NCBI GenBank assembly: GCA_963717935.1
Contig: CAVQXP010000002.1
Coordinates: 32,001 to 96,000 of the forward strand
Source of the DNA: Candidatus Eiseniibacteriota bacterium
GTDB taxonomy: Bacteria; Eisenbacteria; RBG-16-71-46
DNA: 64,000 bases
Reading direction: 5' to 3'
Part shown: piece by piece, positions 48,852 through 57,556 of the stretch
How the letters are laid out: each line of letters starts with the position of its first letter
Numbering within the stretch: the stretch's first letter is position 1
Made by a program: the position numbers and the translations under genes
Notes under the pieces: model-generated
The model's input: the letters and a program-made list of their open reading frames with translations, nothing else
Database searches by the model: none
Told to the model about the DNA's origin: nothing

Positions 48852-51374
48852 TCAGTGGAGCACGACGATCCGCCGCGAGCGCTCTCCGGCCTCGCCCCTC
48901 AGGCGGGCGAGGTAGACCCCGGGCGCGACAGGGCGGCCGGCGTCGTCGCGGAGATCCCAGGCCAGCGCGTAGCGGCCGGCGGCGAGACGGCCGCTCGCCA
49001 GCGTACGCACCCGGCGTCCCTGCAGGTCGTGGATCTCGATCCCGAGCGGCCCCGCGCGTGGCAGCGCGAAGTCGAGGTGCGCCATGGACCGCGCGGGATT
49101 GGGCCACGGCGCGGCCAGCTCGAGCAGCGGCGCGGCGCCGGGGCCGACGGCCACCGGAGTGGACTGCTGCGCCGGGTCGAAGAGCAGCACGCGCAACGAG
49201 TCGAAGTTGAAGCCGTCGTAGCTCGTGCTCGCGTCGGACACGGTGCGCAGGCGCAGCCGCACCGCGCCACCCGCCGGTCCCGTGAAGGCCGAGAGGTCGA
49301 GCCGGTCGGTCTTCCACAGGTAGCGCGTGGCCTGGTAGATCGGCTGGCCCACGGGCTGGGGCGAGAAGACGCCGGGGCTGGTGCCGCGTCCCGCGAGCGG
49401 CGTCCAGGTCACGCTGTCGAGGCTGGCCTCGATCACCGTGCCGTCGTAGGTCTGCTCGGCCAGCCAGCGCGCCTCGAAGAACGCCCAGGCGTGCAGGCCC
49501 GCCGAGAGGTCGAGCCGCCCCTGGTACGTGAGCGTGAGGTTCGCACCGGCCGGATAGTCGCTGTCGGGGCTGTCGGCGAAATAGCTGTCCGGGTGGCGCG
49601 CGTCGGTCGAGACCACGCCCCAGCCGCTCGAAGCGGTCCAGCTCGTGAGCGCCTCGCAGGGCTCCAGCAGCACGGTCGTGGGGTGCCCGACCAGCAGTTC
49701 CACGGTGTCGCGCGAGAAGTAGCCGCCGTCGGCCGTGAAGCTCACCTCGAAGCGCAGCATCCGGCCCAGCGTCACCGTGTCGGCCGCGCTCACCAGGAAC
49801 CTGGCGCCGTCCGTCGCGTCGCCGCTGGTGAGCGACGGCAGGGCCGGGTAGGGAACCGTGGCCCCGCCCGGGAGCACCTCCGCGCCCGCGTCGAGCGGGG
49901 ACAGCGTGGCCGTGAGGTTCGCGGGCGTGACCGCCAGGCCCAGGTTGCGCGCGCGGACGGCGAGTTCCGTGGGCAGGCCGGCGATCAGCTCGCCGGCGGC
50001 GAGGCTGCTGCTCTCGACCCGCACGTAGGGCCCGGCGATGGCCGTGACCGTGTAGCCCTTGCGCAGGTTCTCCTGCGCCAGCGGCACGATGCGCGAGGGG
50101 GCGGGCCAGAAGCCGTCGCTATCGGTGCCGATCTCGGGCGTCCAGCTGAAGCAACGCGGCTTGGACACCGTGTCGCCGTAGCTCCAGTCGTTGAAGTCCC
50201 CGTTCGTGACGTAGAGGACCCGCGGTCCCTCGCCCGCGAAGTAGGGCGAGCCGAGCGTCGCCTCGTCGTTCCACTCCCAGAACGCCATCGAGTCCGGGGG
50301 CGTGAGGACGATGTACCCCCAGGGGTGGATGAAGAGTTCGCCGGAGGCGTGGAAGCAGAGTCCGGTGGCGGGCTGGAGGGAGTTGACCAGGTCGCGCTGG
50401 GCCTGCGTCTCGGGCTCCGAGAAGGCGGCCGGCCCGCGGTAGACCTCGCTGGAGGGACTGGGGCTCGAGCCCAGGTTGTCGTAGCCCCAGTTGAAGCCGA
50501 AGTTGCGGTTGAGGTCCACGCCGTACGAGCTGCCGCTGTTGACCCGGCGGTTCTTCCGCCACATCCCGCCGCCGTCCGGGCTCAGCGTCTCGTTGTAGTA
50601 GTAGCCGTCCGGGTTCACCACCGGGCAGATGTAGATCACCCGCTGGTCGAGCAGGTAGCGCGCGAACGGATCCGTGTCGTAGCGCGAGAGCAGGTCGTCC
50701 ACGAACCAGAACAGCGCCTGCATGCCCTCGGGCTCGCGCGCGTGGGCGAGGGCGTTGAGGAAGACCGCCGGCCGCGGGTCGGGGGCGTCCATGCGCTTGC
50801 CGAGCTTGAGCCCCCAGATGGGCCGGCCCTCCACCGTCGTGCCCAGCGTGTCGATCTTGTCCGCGACCAGGTCGCGCAGGTCGCTCGCCACCAGCAGATC
50901 GAGCTTCATCTTGATCTCGGCGAGCGTCCAGTAGCCGCCCATGCTGCCCGAGCCGAAGGCCGGCAGCTCCTCGGTGCGGAACACGCCGTCCGGCCCGACC
51001 GCGCTGAGCACCTTCGTCGGCGCGGGCTGCCGGCGCCCGCTCAGCTCCCGTGCCGCGCGCTCGGCGAAGTGCCGTTCGACCGCGTCGTCGAGCACCTGCA
51101 GCGCGGCGCCCAGCGCCTGCAGGCGCTCCTCGTCGCCGGGATGCAGGCACAGGTCCGCCGAGGCGCCCCGCTTGAGCGAGACGATGTCGAAGCCGCCCGC
51201 GAGCAGCGAGTCCAGGGGCAGCGCGGGGCCGAGGTTCACCCGCACGAGCTTCATGGGCGGTTCGGCTGCCGCCGCCGCCCGGACCGGCGCGAGGGACAGG
51301 CAGAGCAGCGCGAGGCTGGCGGCAAGGGAGGCAAGGGCGGGTCGGGCGAGACCGGGCAGACGGATGCGGCGCAC
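48852..51374 (-). CDS. Secreted M14 zinc carboxypeptidase (carboxypeptidase T-like) with an accessory beta domain and a C-terminal FlgD/CTD-like domain
   Basis: GTG after AAAGGAG; signal peptide. HARE, VNPDG, WRKNR, GVDLNRNF, FSEPET, FH, TPE; PNP...WD...GVYLARL tail. Confidence 0.9.
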   Translation of the reverse strand: MRRIRLPGLARPALASLAASLALLCLSLAPVRAAAAAEPPMKLVRVNLGPALPLDSLLAGGFDIVSLKRGASADLCLHPGDEERLQALGAALQVLDDAVERHFAERAARELSGRRQPAPTKVLSAVGPDGVFRTEELPAFGSGSMGGYWTLAEIKMKLDLLVASDLRDLVADKIDTLGTTVEGRPIWGLKLGKRMDAPDPRPAVFLNALAHAREPEGMQALFWFVDDLLSRYDTDPFARYLLDQRVIYICPVVNPDGYYYNETLSPDGGGMWRKNRRVNSGSSYGVDLNRNFGFNWGYDNLGSSPSPSSEVYRGPAAFSEPETQAQRDLVNSLQPATGLCFHASGELFIHPWGYIVLTPPDSMAFWEWNDEATLGSPYFAGEGPRVLYVTNGDFNDWSYGDTVSKPRCFSWTPEIGTDSDGFWPAPSRIVPLAQENLRKGYTVTAIAGPYVRVESSSLAAGELIAGLPTELAVRARNLGLAVTPANLTATLSPLDAGAEVLPGGATVPYPALPSLTSGDATDGARFLVSAADTVTLGRMLRFEVSFTADGGYFSRDTVELLVGHPTTVLLEPCEALTSWTASSGWGVVSTDARHPDSYFADSPDSDYPAGANLTLTYQGRLDLSAGLHAWAFFEARWLAEQTYDGTVIEASLDSVTWTPLAGRGTSPGVFSPQPVGQPIYQATRYLWKTDRLDLSAFTGPAGGAVRLRLRTVSDASTSYDGFNFDSLRVLLFDPAQQSTPVAVGPGAAPLLELAAPWPNPARSMAHLDFALPRAGPLGIEIHDLQGRRVRTLASGRLAAGRYALAWDLRDDAGRPVAPGVYLARLRGEAGERSRRIVVLH

Positions 51375-51502
51375 GTGGGCTCCTTTCGCGGGTCCGGGGC
51401 TCGTGAGACACCTTATGTTACCATGGCGCGGCATTCCCACGCTTCCCCGCGGGCCCCGCGGGCCCGCCCGCCGCGCACCTCACCCGGATCTCGCAGGACC
51501 CG

Positions 51503-52204
51503 ATGGCCTCCAGCACCCGCCTTGCCTGGCTCTTCGACGTGGACGGCACGCTGCTCCTCACCGGCGGAGCGGCCCGCGAGGCCTTCGCCTGCGCCGTGAG
51601 CGACCAGCTCGGGGTGGCGGACGACCTGCAGGACATCGGCTTCTCGGGCCGGATCGAGCCCCTCATCCTGCGGGACATCCTGCAGAAGCACGGGCGCTCC
51701 TTCGACTCCACCGGGGAAGCCCGCTTCTGGGACGCGGTCTTCGCCCACATGCGCCGCCTGCTCCACCCCGGCCGCGGCCGCCTCATGCCCGGCATCCCGC
51801 AACTGCTCGACCGCATCGCCGCGGAGCCGGACTGGGTGATGGGCCTGCTCACCGGCAACATGACGCAGATGGCGCGCATCAAGCTCGGGCATTTCGGCCT
51901 GGACGGGCGCTTTGCCTTCGGGGGCTTCGGCGAGATGGCTCCGGACCGCGACACCCTGGCCCGCGCGCTGGTGCGGCGCGTGGGGCGCGAGCACGGCGTG
52001 CCGGCCCAGCGCTGCATCGTGGTGGGGGACACCGAGCACGACATCGCCTGTGCCCGTGCGGCCGGGGCGCGGGTCATCGCCGTGGCGACCGGCGGGACCG
52101 ACATCGGCACCCTGGCGGCCGCCGCGCCCGACCTGCTGCTCGACGACCTGCAGGAGGCGGACGCGATCATGCGCTGGGCGGGCGCGATCGCGGCCGGCCG
52201 GTAG
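51503..52204 (+). CDS. HAD-superfamily hydrolase
   Basis: LFDVDGTL, LTGN, K, VGDTEHD. Confidence 0.9.
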   Translation: MASSTRLAWLFDVDGTLLLTGGAAREAFACAVSDQLGVADDLQDIGFSGRIEPLILRDILQKHGRSFDSTGEARFWDAVFAHMRRLLHPGRGRLMPGIPQLLDRIAAEPDWVMGLLTGNMTQMARIKLGHFGLDGRFAFGGFGEMAPDRDTLARALVRRVGREHGVPAQRCIVVGDTEHDIACARAAGARVIAVATGGTDIGTLAAAAPDLLLDDLQEADAIMRWAGAIAAGR

Positions 52205-52329
52205 CGGCCCCGCCCGGGGCGCAGCCGATTCGCCTGGCGCCTTCGTAAGTGAGAACATCACCGGGTCGCACGGCCTGGCCCCCCCCGCCGGCCATCACCG
52301 CCTGGTTCAACGAAACCGAGGTGCTACCC

Positions 52330-53883
52330 ATGGACGCATCGCGCATTCGCCGTACACCGGACCCGCGGTCGTGGCGGAACACCGTATGGATGCTCTTCGC
52401 GGGCGCGCTGCTCGCGCTCCCCGTCCCCGCGCCGGCCGCCGGGTCGTCCCGCGGGCCCGTGGGCATCCCGCCCGGTATCCAGGTGCCGGTCCTCGAACAG
52501 GCCGAAGGCCCGGTCTACGTCGTCGAGGCATACCCCCGCGTGCTCTCGGCCCGCTTCCCCGGGCTGAAGCTCCTCGCCGAATGGGAAGGGGGCGCGCTCG
52601 TCGCCGGTCCCGATGGGGCCATCGATTCCCTCGCCGCCCTCGGCTACGAGGTGCGCCGCGTCTCCGGCCAGGCGCTCCTTCCGGTGGCGCCCCCGTCGGG
52701 GCCGCAGGCCCTGGCCGGGTACGACATGCGCGTCCAGTCGGTCATGGACCAGGTCGTGCAGGCCGACCTCGTGGCCCTGCTGAACGGTCTCTCGGGGGAG
52801 ACGCCCGTCACCATCGGGGAGGCGAGCCAGGTCATCGGCACGCGCTATTCCACCTCCGACGGCTGTCGCCTGGCCGAGCAGTACGTCCTCGAGACCCTGC
52901 AGGCCTCGGGGCTGCCGGTCGAATATCAGACGTACGGCACGAGCGGCTGGCGCAATGTCGTCGCCACGCACGCCGGCGTGTCGCGGCCCGGGCGCCAGGT
53001 CCTGGTCACGGCCCATCTCGATGACATGCCCAGCACGTCGCCGATCGCCCCCGGGGCCGACGACAACGGCAGCGGGTCGGTCACGGTCCTGCGCGCCGCG
53101 CAGATCATGGCCACGCTCCCGTTCCAGAAGACGATCCGCTTCATCTGCTTCACCGGGGAGGAGCAGGGGCTCGTCGGGAGCCATGCCTACGCCGTAAGCG
53201 CCGCGGCGCGCGGGGACACCATCGACGCGGTGGTGAACCTCGACATGATCGCGTACGAGTCGGACGACGTGGACTTCATCGAGCTCCACGCCGGGACGCA
53301 GGTGGCCTCGGCTGCCATCGCCGACGTCTTCATCGGCGTGAACACGGACTACGGTCTCGGTCTCGAGCCCCAGAAGATCACCGTGGGGTCCACCTACGCC
53401 AGCGATCACGCGTCGTTCTGGGCCGTCGGGTACCCGGCGATCCTCGCGATCGAGGACATGCAGGACTTCACACCCTGGTACCACACGACGGCGGATCGCG
53501 TCGCGACCCTCGACCCGGGCTTCTTCACCCGCCTGGCGAAGGCCGCGGTCGGAACGGTGGCGACCCTGGCGGAGCCCGCCTGGGCCCTCGGTGTGGAGCC
53601 GCCGGCGCCGGCGGCCTTCATCACGATGGGTCCGAACCCGACCCCGCGTGGCACGGTGCTGCGGCTCTCGCTGCCGGCCCCGGCCGAGGTGCGCCTGGAG
53701 CTCTTCGACCTGGCGGGTCGCAGCCTGCGGACGCTCGGCGGAGGGGTCCGGCCGGCCGGCGTGAGCGAGATCCCCTGGGACGGTCTCGATGCGACGGGGA
53801 ACGTCGCGCCCGCGGGCGTGGTGTTCTACCGCGCGAGCGTGGGGGAGAAGGTCTTCTCCGGGCGGTTCATCGTTCTGAGATGA
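52330..53883 (+). CDS. Secreted M28 aminopeptidase with a C-terminal FlgD/CTD-like domain
   Basis: ATG after GAGGTG. AHLD, GADDNGSG, GEEQGL.GS, NLDMI, SDHASF, YHT..D; PNP...WDG tail. Confidence 0.9.
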   Translation: MDASRIRRTPDPRSWRNTVWMLFAGALLALPVPAPAAGSSRGPVGIPPGIQVPVLEQAEGPVYVVEAYPRVLSARFPGLKLLAEWEGGALVAGPDGAIDSLAALGYEVRRVSGQALLPVAPPSGPQALAGYDMRVQSVMDQVVQADLVALLNGLSGETPVTIGEASQVIGTRYSTSDGCRLAEQYVLETLQASGLPVEYQTYGTSGWRNVVATHAGVSRPGRQVLVTAHLDDMPSTSPIAPGADDNGSGSVTVLRAAQIMATLPFQKTIRFICFTGEEQGLVGSHAYAVSAAARGDTIDAVVNLDMIAYESDDVDFIELHAGTQVASAAIADVFIGVNTDYGLGLEPQKITVGSTYASDHASFWAVGYPAILAIEDMQDFTPWYHTTADRVATLDPGFFTRLAKAAVGTVATLAEPAWALGVEPPAPAAFITMGPNPTPRGTVLRLSLPAPAEVRLELFDLAGRSLRTLGGGVRPAGVSEIPWDGLDATGNVAPAGVVFYRASVGEKVFSGRFIVLR

Positions 53884-53998
53884 GGCCGGGTGTCCCGCTC
53901 CGAGGCGGGACTCCGTAGACCAGGTGGAGCGACCGCCGCAGCGCCACCCCGGGCTCCCCGGGCGCAACCCGGCGGCTGGGCCCCCGAACATCCTACGG

Positions 53999-54027
53999 TT
54001 GCGCCGCCGTCCTGCCGAATGTATACT
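53999..54027 (+). promoter_or_regulatory. Sigma70 promoter, leaderless, for lrp-lat
   Basis: TTGCGC-17 nt-TATACT-6 nt-ATG(54034); no Shine-Dalgarno. Confidence 0.7.
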
Positions 54028-54033
54028 ATGCAC

Positions 54034-54531
54034 ATGGCCACGAGAGCGAACGTAGACCAAGGTCTTGACGCCAAGGACCGCAACATCCTGGCGTTGATCC
54101 AGCGCGACGGGAAGATGAGCCAGGCGCTCATCGCCAAGCACGTCGGGCTGTCCACCGCGGCTGTCAACGAGCGTCTGAAGAAGCTCGAGCAGGCCGGGGT
54201 CATCCGCCGCTTCACCGCGCTGGTGGATCCCAAGGCCATCGGCATCCAGGTCACCGCGTTCATCGAGGTCTTCATCGAGCACCCGCGCTACGAGGAACCG
54301 TTCATCAAGCGGATCCTCGAGCTGGACGAGGTGCAGGAGTGTCATCACATCACGGGGGAATTCTCCGTGCTCCTCAAGGTCCGCGTGCGCGACATGGAGT
54401 CGCTCCAGCGGTTGGTCATCAGCCAGCTCAATGGTGCCGAAGGCGTACGCCAGACCCGGACCGTCATGGTGCTCTCGACGGTCAAGGAGGAGAGCTACAT
54501 CGCGACCGGCGCAGAAGGAGAGACGAGATGA
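54034..54531 (+). CDS. Lrp/AsnC family transcriptional regulator
   Basis: LDAKDRNIL..IQRDG...IAKHVGLS..AV.ERLKKLE..GVI; ECHHITG; TRTVMVL. Confidence 0.92.
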   Translation: MATRANVDQGLDAKDRNILALIQRDGKMSQALIAKHVGLSTAAVNERLKKLEQAGVIRRFTALVDPKAIGIQVTAFIEVFIEHPRYEEPFIKRILELDEVQECHHITGEFSVLLKVRVRDMESLQRLVISQLNGAEGVRQTRTVMVLSTVKEESYIATGAEGETR

Positions 54532-55883
54532 ACCCGACGACCACGCCCGCCGGACGGATCGCCCCGGCCGAGGTGCACGCCACGCTCGCCCGGCACATGC
54601 TGGCCGACGGCTACGACATGGTGCTCGATCTCGACAAGAGCCAGGGCCGGCGCCTGTGGGACGCCCGCAGCGGCCGCTGGATCCTCGACATGTTCTCGTT
54701 CTTCGCCACGCTGCCGGTGGGGCTCAACCACCCGCGGCTCAAGGAGCCCGAGTTCCTCGCCCGGCTCACCCGCGCCGCGCTCGCCAACCCCGCCAACTCG
54801 GACATCTACACGGTCGAGTTCGCCGAGTTCGTGGACGTCTTCGGGCGCGTCGCCCAGCCGGCCTACCTGCCGCACGCCTTCTTCGTCGCCGGGGGCGCGC
54901 TCGGCGTCGAGAACGCGCTGAAGGCCGCCTTCGACTGGAAGGTGCGCCGCAACTTCAGGAAGGGCTCCCGCGAGGAGAAGGGCCACCAGGTCCTGCACTT
55001 CCGCGAGGCCTTCCACGGCCGCTCCGGCTACACGCTCTCGATGACCAACACCGCGGACCCCCGCAAGCACCAGTACTTCCCCAAGTTCGACTGGCCGCGC
55101 ATCGCGAATCCCGTGCTGCGCTTCCCCGTGGACGCGGCCGAGCTGGAGCGGGTCCAGAAGGCCGAGGCCGAGTCGCTCGCGCAGGCCAAGGCGGCCTTCC
55201 GCGAGCGCAAGGACGACATCGCCTGCGTGCTGATCGAGCCCATCCAGGCCGAGGGCGGCGACAACCACTTCCGCGGCGAGTTCCTGCGCGCGCTGCGTGA
55301 CCTGGCCCGCGAGAACGAGGCGTTCTTCGCGGTCGACGAGGTGCAGAGCGGCGTCGCGCTCACCGGCCGCATGTGGGCGCACCAGCACTTCGGTCTCGAG
55401 CCCGACCTGCTCGCCTTCGGCAAGAAGATGCAGGTCTGCGGCATGATGGCCGGCCCCATGATCGACGAGGAGCCGGAGAACGTCTTCAAGGTGTCGAGCC
55501 GCCTCAACTCGACCTGGGGCGGGAACCTGGTGGACATGGTGCGCGCCCAGCGCTACCTCGAGATCATCGAGGAGGAGCGCCTGGTGGACCACGCCGCGAC
55601 CGCCGGCGAGCACCTGCGACGCGGGCTCGAGGCGCTGGTGGCCTGGCGCCCCGACGTGCTGTCGAACGCGCGCGGGCGCGGCCTCATGTGCGCGATCGAG
55701 TTCTCGGAGGGCCCGGTGCGCGACGCCGTGCAGGAGAAGGCCTACGAGCTGGGGATGATGATCCTCGGCTGCGGGCTCACGAGCCTGCGCTTCCGGCCGC
55801 CGCTCGACACCACCTTGGCGGAGCTCGACGAGGCGCTCGGCATCCTGAAGAAGGCGGTCGAGGCCACCTCGAAGAAGTCGTAG
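54528..55883 (+). CDS. lat: L-lysine 6-transaminase (class III aminotransferase)
   Basis: HMLADG, LDMFSFFA, NSDIY, GALGVENALKAAFDWK, AFHGRSGYTLS.TNT, EPIQAEGGD, DEVQ, FGKK, SRLNSTWGG; coupled to an Lrp gene as in mycobacterial lrpA-lat. Confidence 0.9.
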   Translation: MNPTTTPAGRIAPAEVHATLARHMLADGYDMVLDLDKSQGRRLWDARSGRWILDMFSFFATLPVGLNHPRLKEPEFLARLTRAALANPANSDIYTVEFAEFVDVFGRVAQPAYLPHAFFVAGGALGVENALKAAFDWKVRRNFRKGSREEKGHQVLHFREAFHGRSGYTLSMTNTADPRKHQYFPKFDWPRIANPVLRFPVDAAELERVQKAEAESLAQAKAAFRERKDDIACVLIEPIQAEGGDNHFRGEFLRALRDLARENEAFFAVDEVQSGVALTGRMWAHQHFGLEPDLLAFGKKMQVCGMMAGPMIDEEPENVFKVSSRLNSTWGGNLVDMVRAQRYLEIIEEERLVDHAATAGEHLRRGLEALVAWRPDVLSNARGRGLMCAIEFSEGPVRDAVQEKAYELGMMILGCGLTSLRFRPPLDTTLAELDEALGILKKAVEATSKKS

Positions 55884-56004
55884 CGACGCGGGGGCCGCAC
55901 CCCGTGAACGCGCCACCGGTGCCCTTCGCGATAGGGGACGGCCGGTGGCGCTTCGCTTTGGCGGGCCATACCCGCCGCCCGCCGCCGGTGGTAGTCTGCT
56001 GCCG

Positions 56005-57516
56005 ATGAGCGCCTCCGAGAAGCCCCGCTTCCGTGGCTCGGCCGCGGTCGTGCTCCTGCGCGGGCACGGCCTCGACCTCGAGACCTGGTGGGTGCGGCGC
56101 AGCGATGCCGTGAGCATCATGCCCGGTTTCGATGCGTTCCCCGGCGGCGCCATCGAGCCGACCGACGCCGGGCTCCCGATCGAAGGCGTCGCCGACGAGG
56201 GCGAGCGCGTGCTGCGCGCCTGCGCCATCCGCGAGGCGTTCGAGGAGGCGGGCGTGCTGATCGGGCTCGTCGCTCCCACGAGCTGTGGGCCCGAGCGGCT
56301 GCTCGAGGCGCGCCAGAACCTGCTGGCCGGCGTGGTCACCTTCCCCCGGCTCGCCTGGGAGTGCGGCTGGCGCTTCCGCGCCGACGCGCTGACCTTCGCC
56401 GGGCGCTGGCAGACGCCGCCGTTCACGCCCGTGCGCTTCGACGCGAGCTACTTCCTCGCGCGCGTGCCGGAGGGGCAGGAGCCGAGCGTGCACGGGGTCG
56501 AGCTGGTGTCGGGCGAGTGGATCCGGCCGCTCGACGCCCTCGACCGCTACCACGACGGGCGCGCGGCCTTCGCCACGCCCATCCTGCACGCCCTGCTCGC
56601 GCTGGCCGAGGGCGAGGACGACCTGCCCGCGCGCCTGGCCCAGGGCCCCGAGCTGGCCGCCTATCCCGTGCGGCGCATGGAGTTCAAGTGGGGCATCGTG
56701 CTCCACCCCATGAAGACCCGGCCGCTGCCGCCCGCCACGCACACCAACGCCTACCTCGTGGGCGAGCGCGAGCTGGCGCTCGTGGACCCCGGCAGCGGCG
56801 ATCCCGACGAGCTGGAATCGCTCTCCACGCTGCTCGAGGTGCTGCGCGTCGAGGGCCGCCGGCTCAAGCTCATCCTGCTCACGCACCACCACCCCGACCA
56901 CACCGGCGGCGTGGCGGCCGTGCAGAAGCGCTGGCGCGTGCCCGTGGCCGCGCACCCCGAGACCGCGCGCCACCTGCACGTGGACCAGGTGCTCGCCGAC
57001 GGCGAGCGCGTGAGCCTCGCGCCCGGGCTCGGCGACTGGGACCTGCGCGTGCTGCACACGCCCGGGCACGCGCAGGGGCACCTCGCGTTCCTGCACGAGC
57101 GCACCCGGTCGCTGCTCTGCGGCGACGTCATCCCTGGCGGCAAGGGCACCGTCATCCTCGACCCGCCCGACGGCGAGCTGGTGCCCTACCTGGCCTCGCT
57201 CGAGCGGCTGCTGGCCGAGCCCGTCGAGACCCTGTTCCCCGCGCACGGCTCGCCGCAGGGCGCGGCGCCGCAGCGCATCCGCTGGCTGATCCAGCACCGG
57301 CTCAGGCGCGAACGGCTCGTGCTCGAGGCTCTCGGCGCCGAGCTGCAGGAGCTGCCCGCGCTGGTCGAGCGCGTCTATACCGACACGCCCGGCGAGCTGT
57401 GGGCCTACGCCGAGCGCACCCTGCTCGCGCACCTGCTCAAGCTCGAGGCCGATCGCCGTGTCGTGCGCGAGGGCGAACGCTGGCGGCTGGCCGCGCCCGG
57501 GCCGCCCGCGCCGTGA
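56005..57516 (+). CDS. NUDIX hydrolase-metallo-beta-lactamase (LACTB2-like)-winged helix fusion
   Basis: FPGG...AIREAFEEAG; W.TP...RFD; TN.YLVG; THHHPDH; TPGH..GH; GD; PAHG; AHLLKL. Confidence 0.85.
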   Translation: MSASEKPRFRGSAAVVLLRGHGLDLETWWVRRSDAVSIMPGFDAFPGGAIEPTDAGLPIEGVADEGERVLRACAIREAFEEAGVLIGLVAPTSCGPERLLEARQNLLAGVVTFPRLAWECGWRFRADALTFAGRWQTPPFTPVRFDASYFLARVPEGQEPSVHGVELVSGEWIRPLDALDRYHDGRAAFATPILHALLALAEGEDDLPARLAQGPELAAYPVRRMEFKWGIVLHPMKTRPLPPATHTNAYLVGERELALVDPGSGDPDELESLSTLLEVLRVEGRRLKLILLTHHHPDHTGGVAAVQKRWRVPVAAHPETARHLHVDQVLADGERVSLAPGLGDWDLRVLHTPGHAQGHLAFLHERTRSLLCGDVIPGGKGTVILDPPDGELVPYLASLERLLAEPVETLFPAHGSPQGAAPQRIRWLIQHRLRRERLVLEALGAELQELPALVERVYTDTPGELWAYAERTLLAHLLKLEADRRVVREGERWRLAAPGPPAP

Positions 57517-57556
57517 GGCGGGCCGTGTGCGGGGGAGCGGAAGCGACGGCCGCTTC

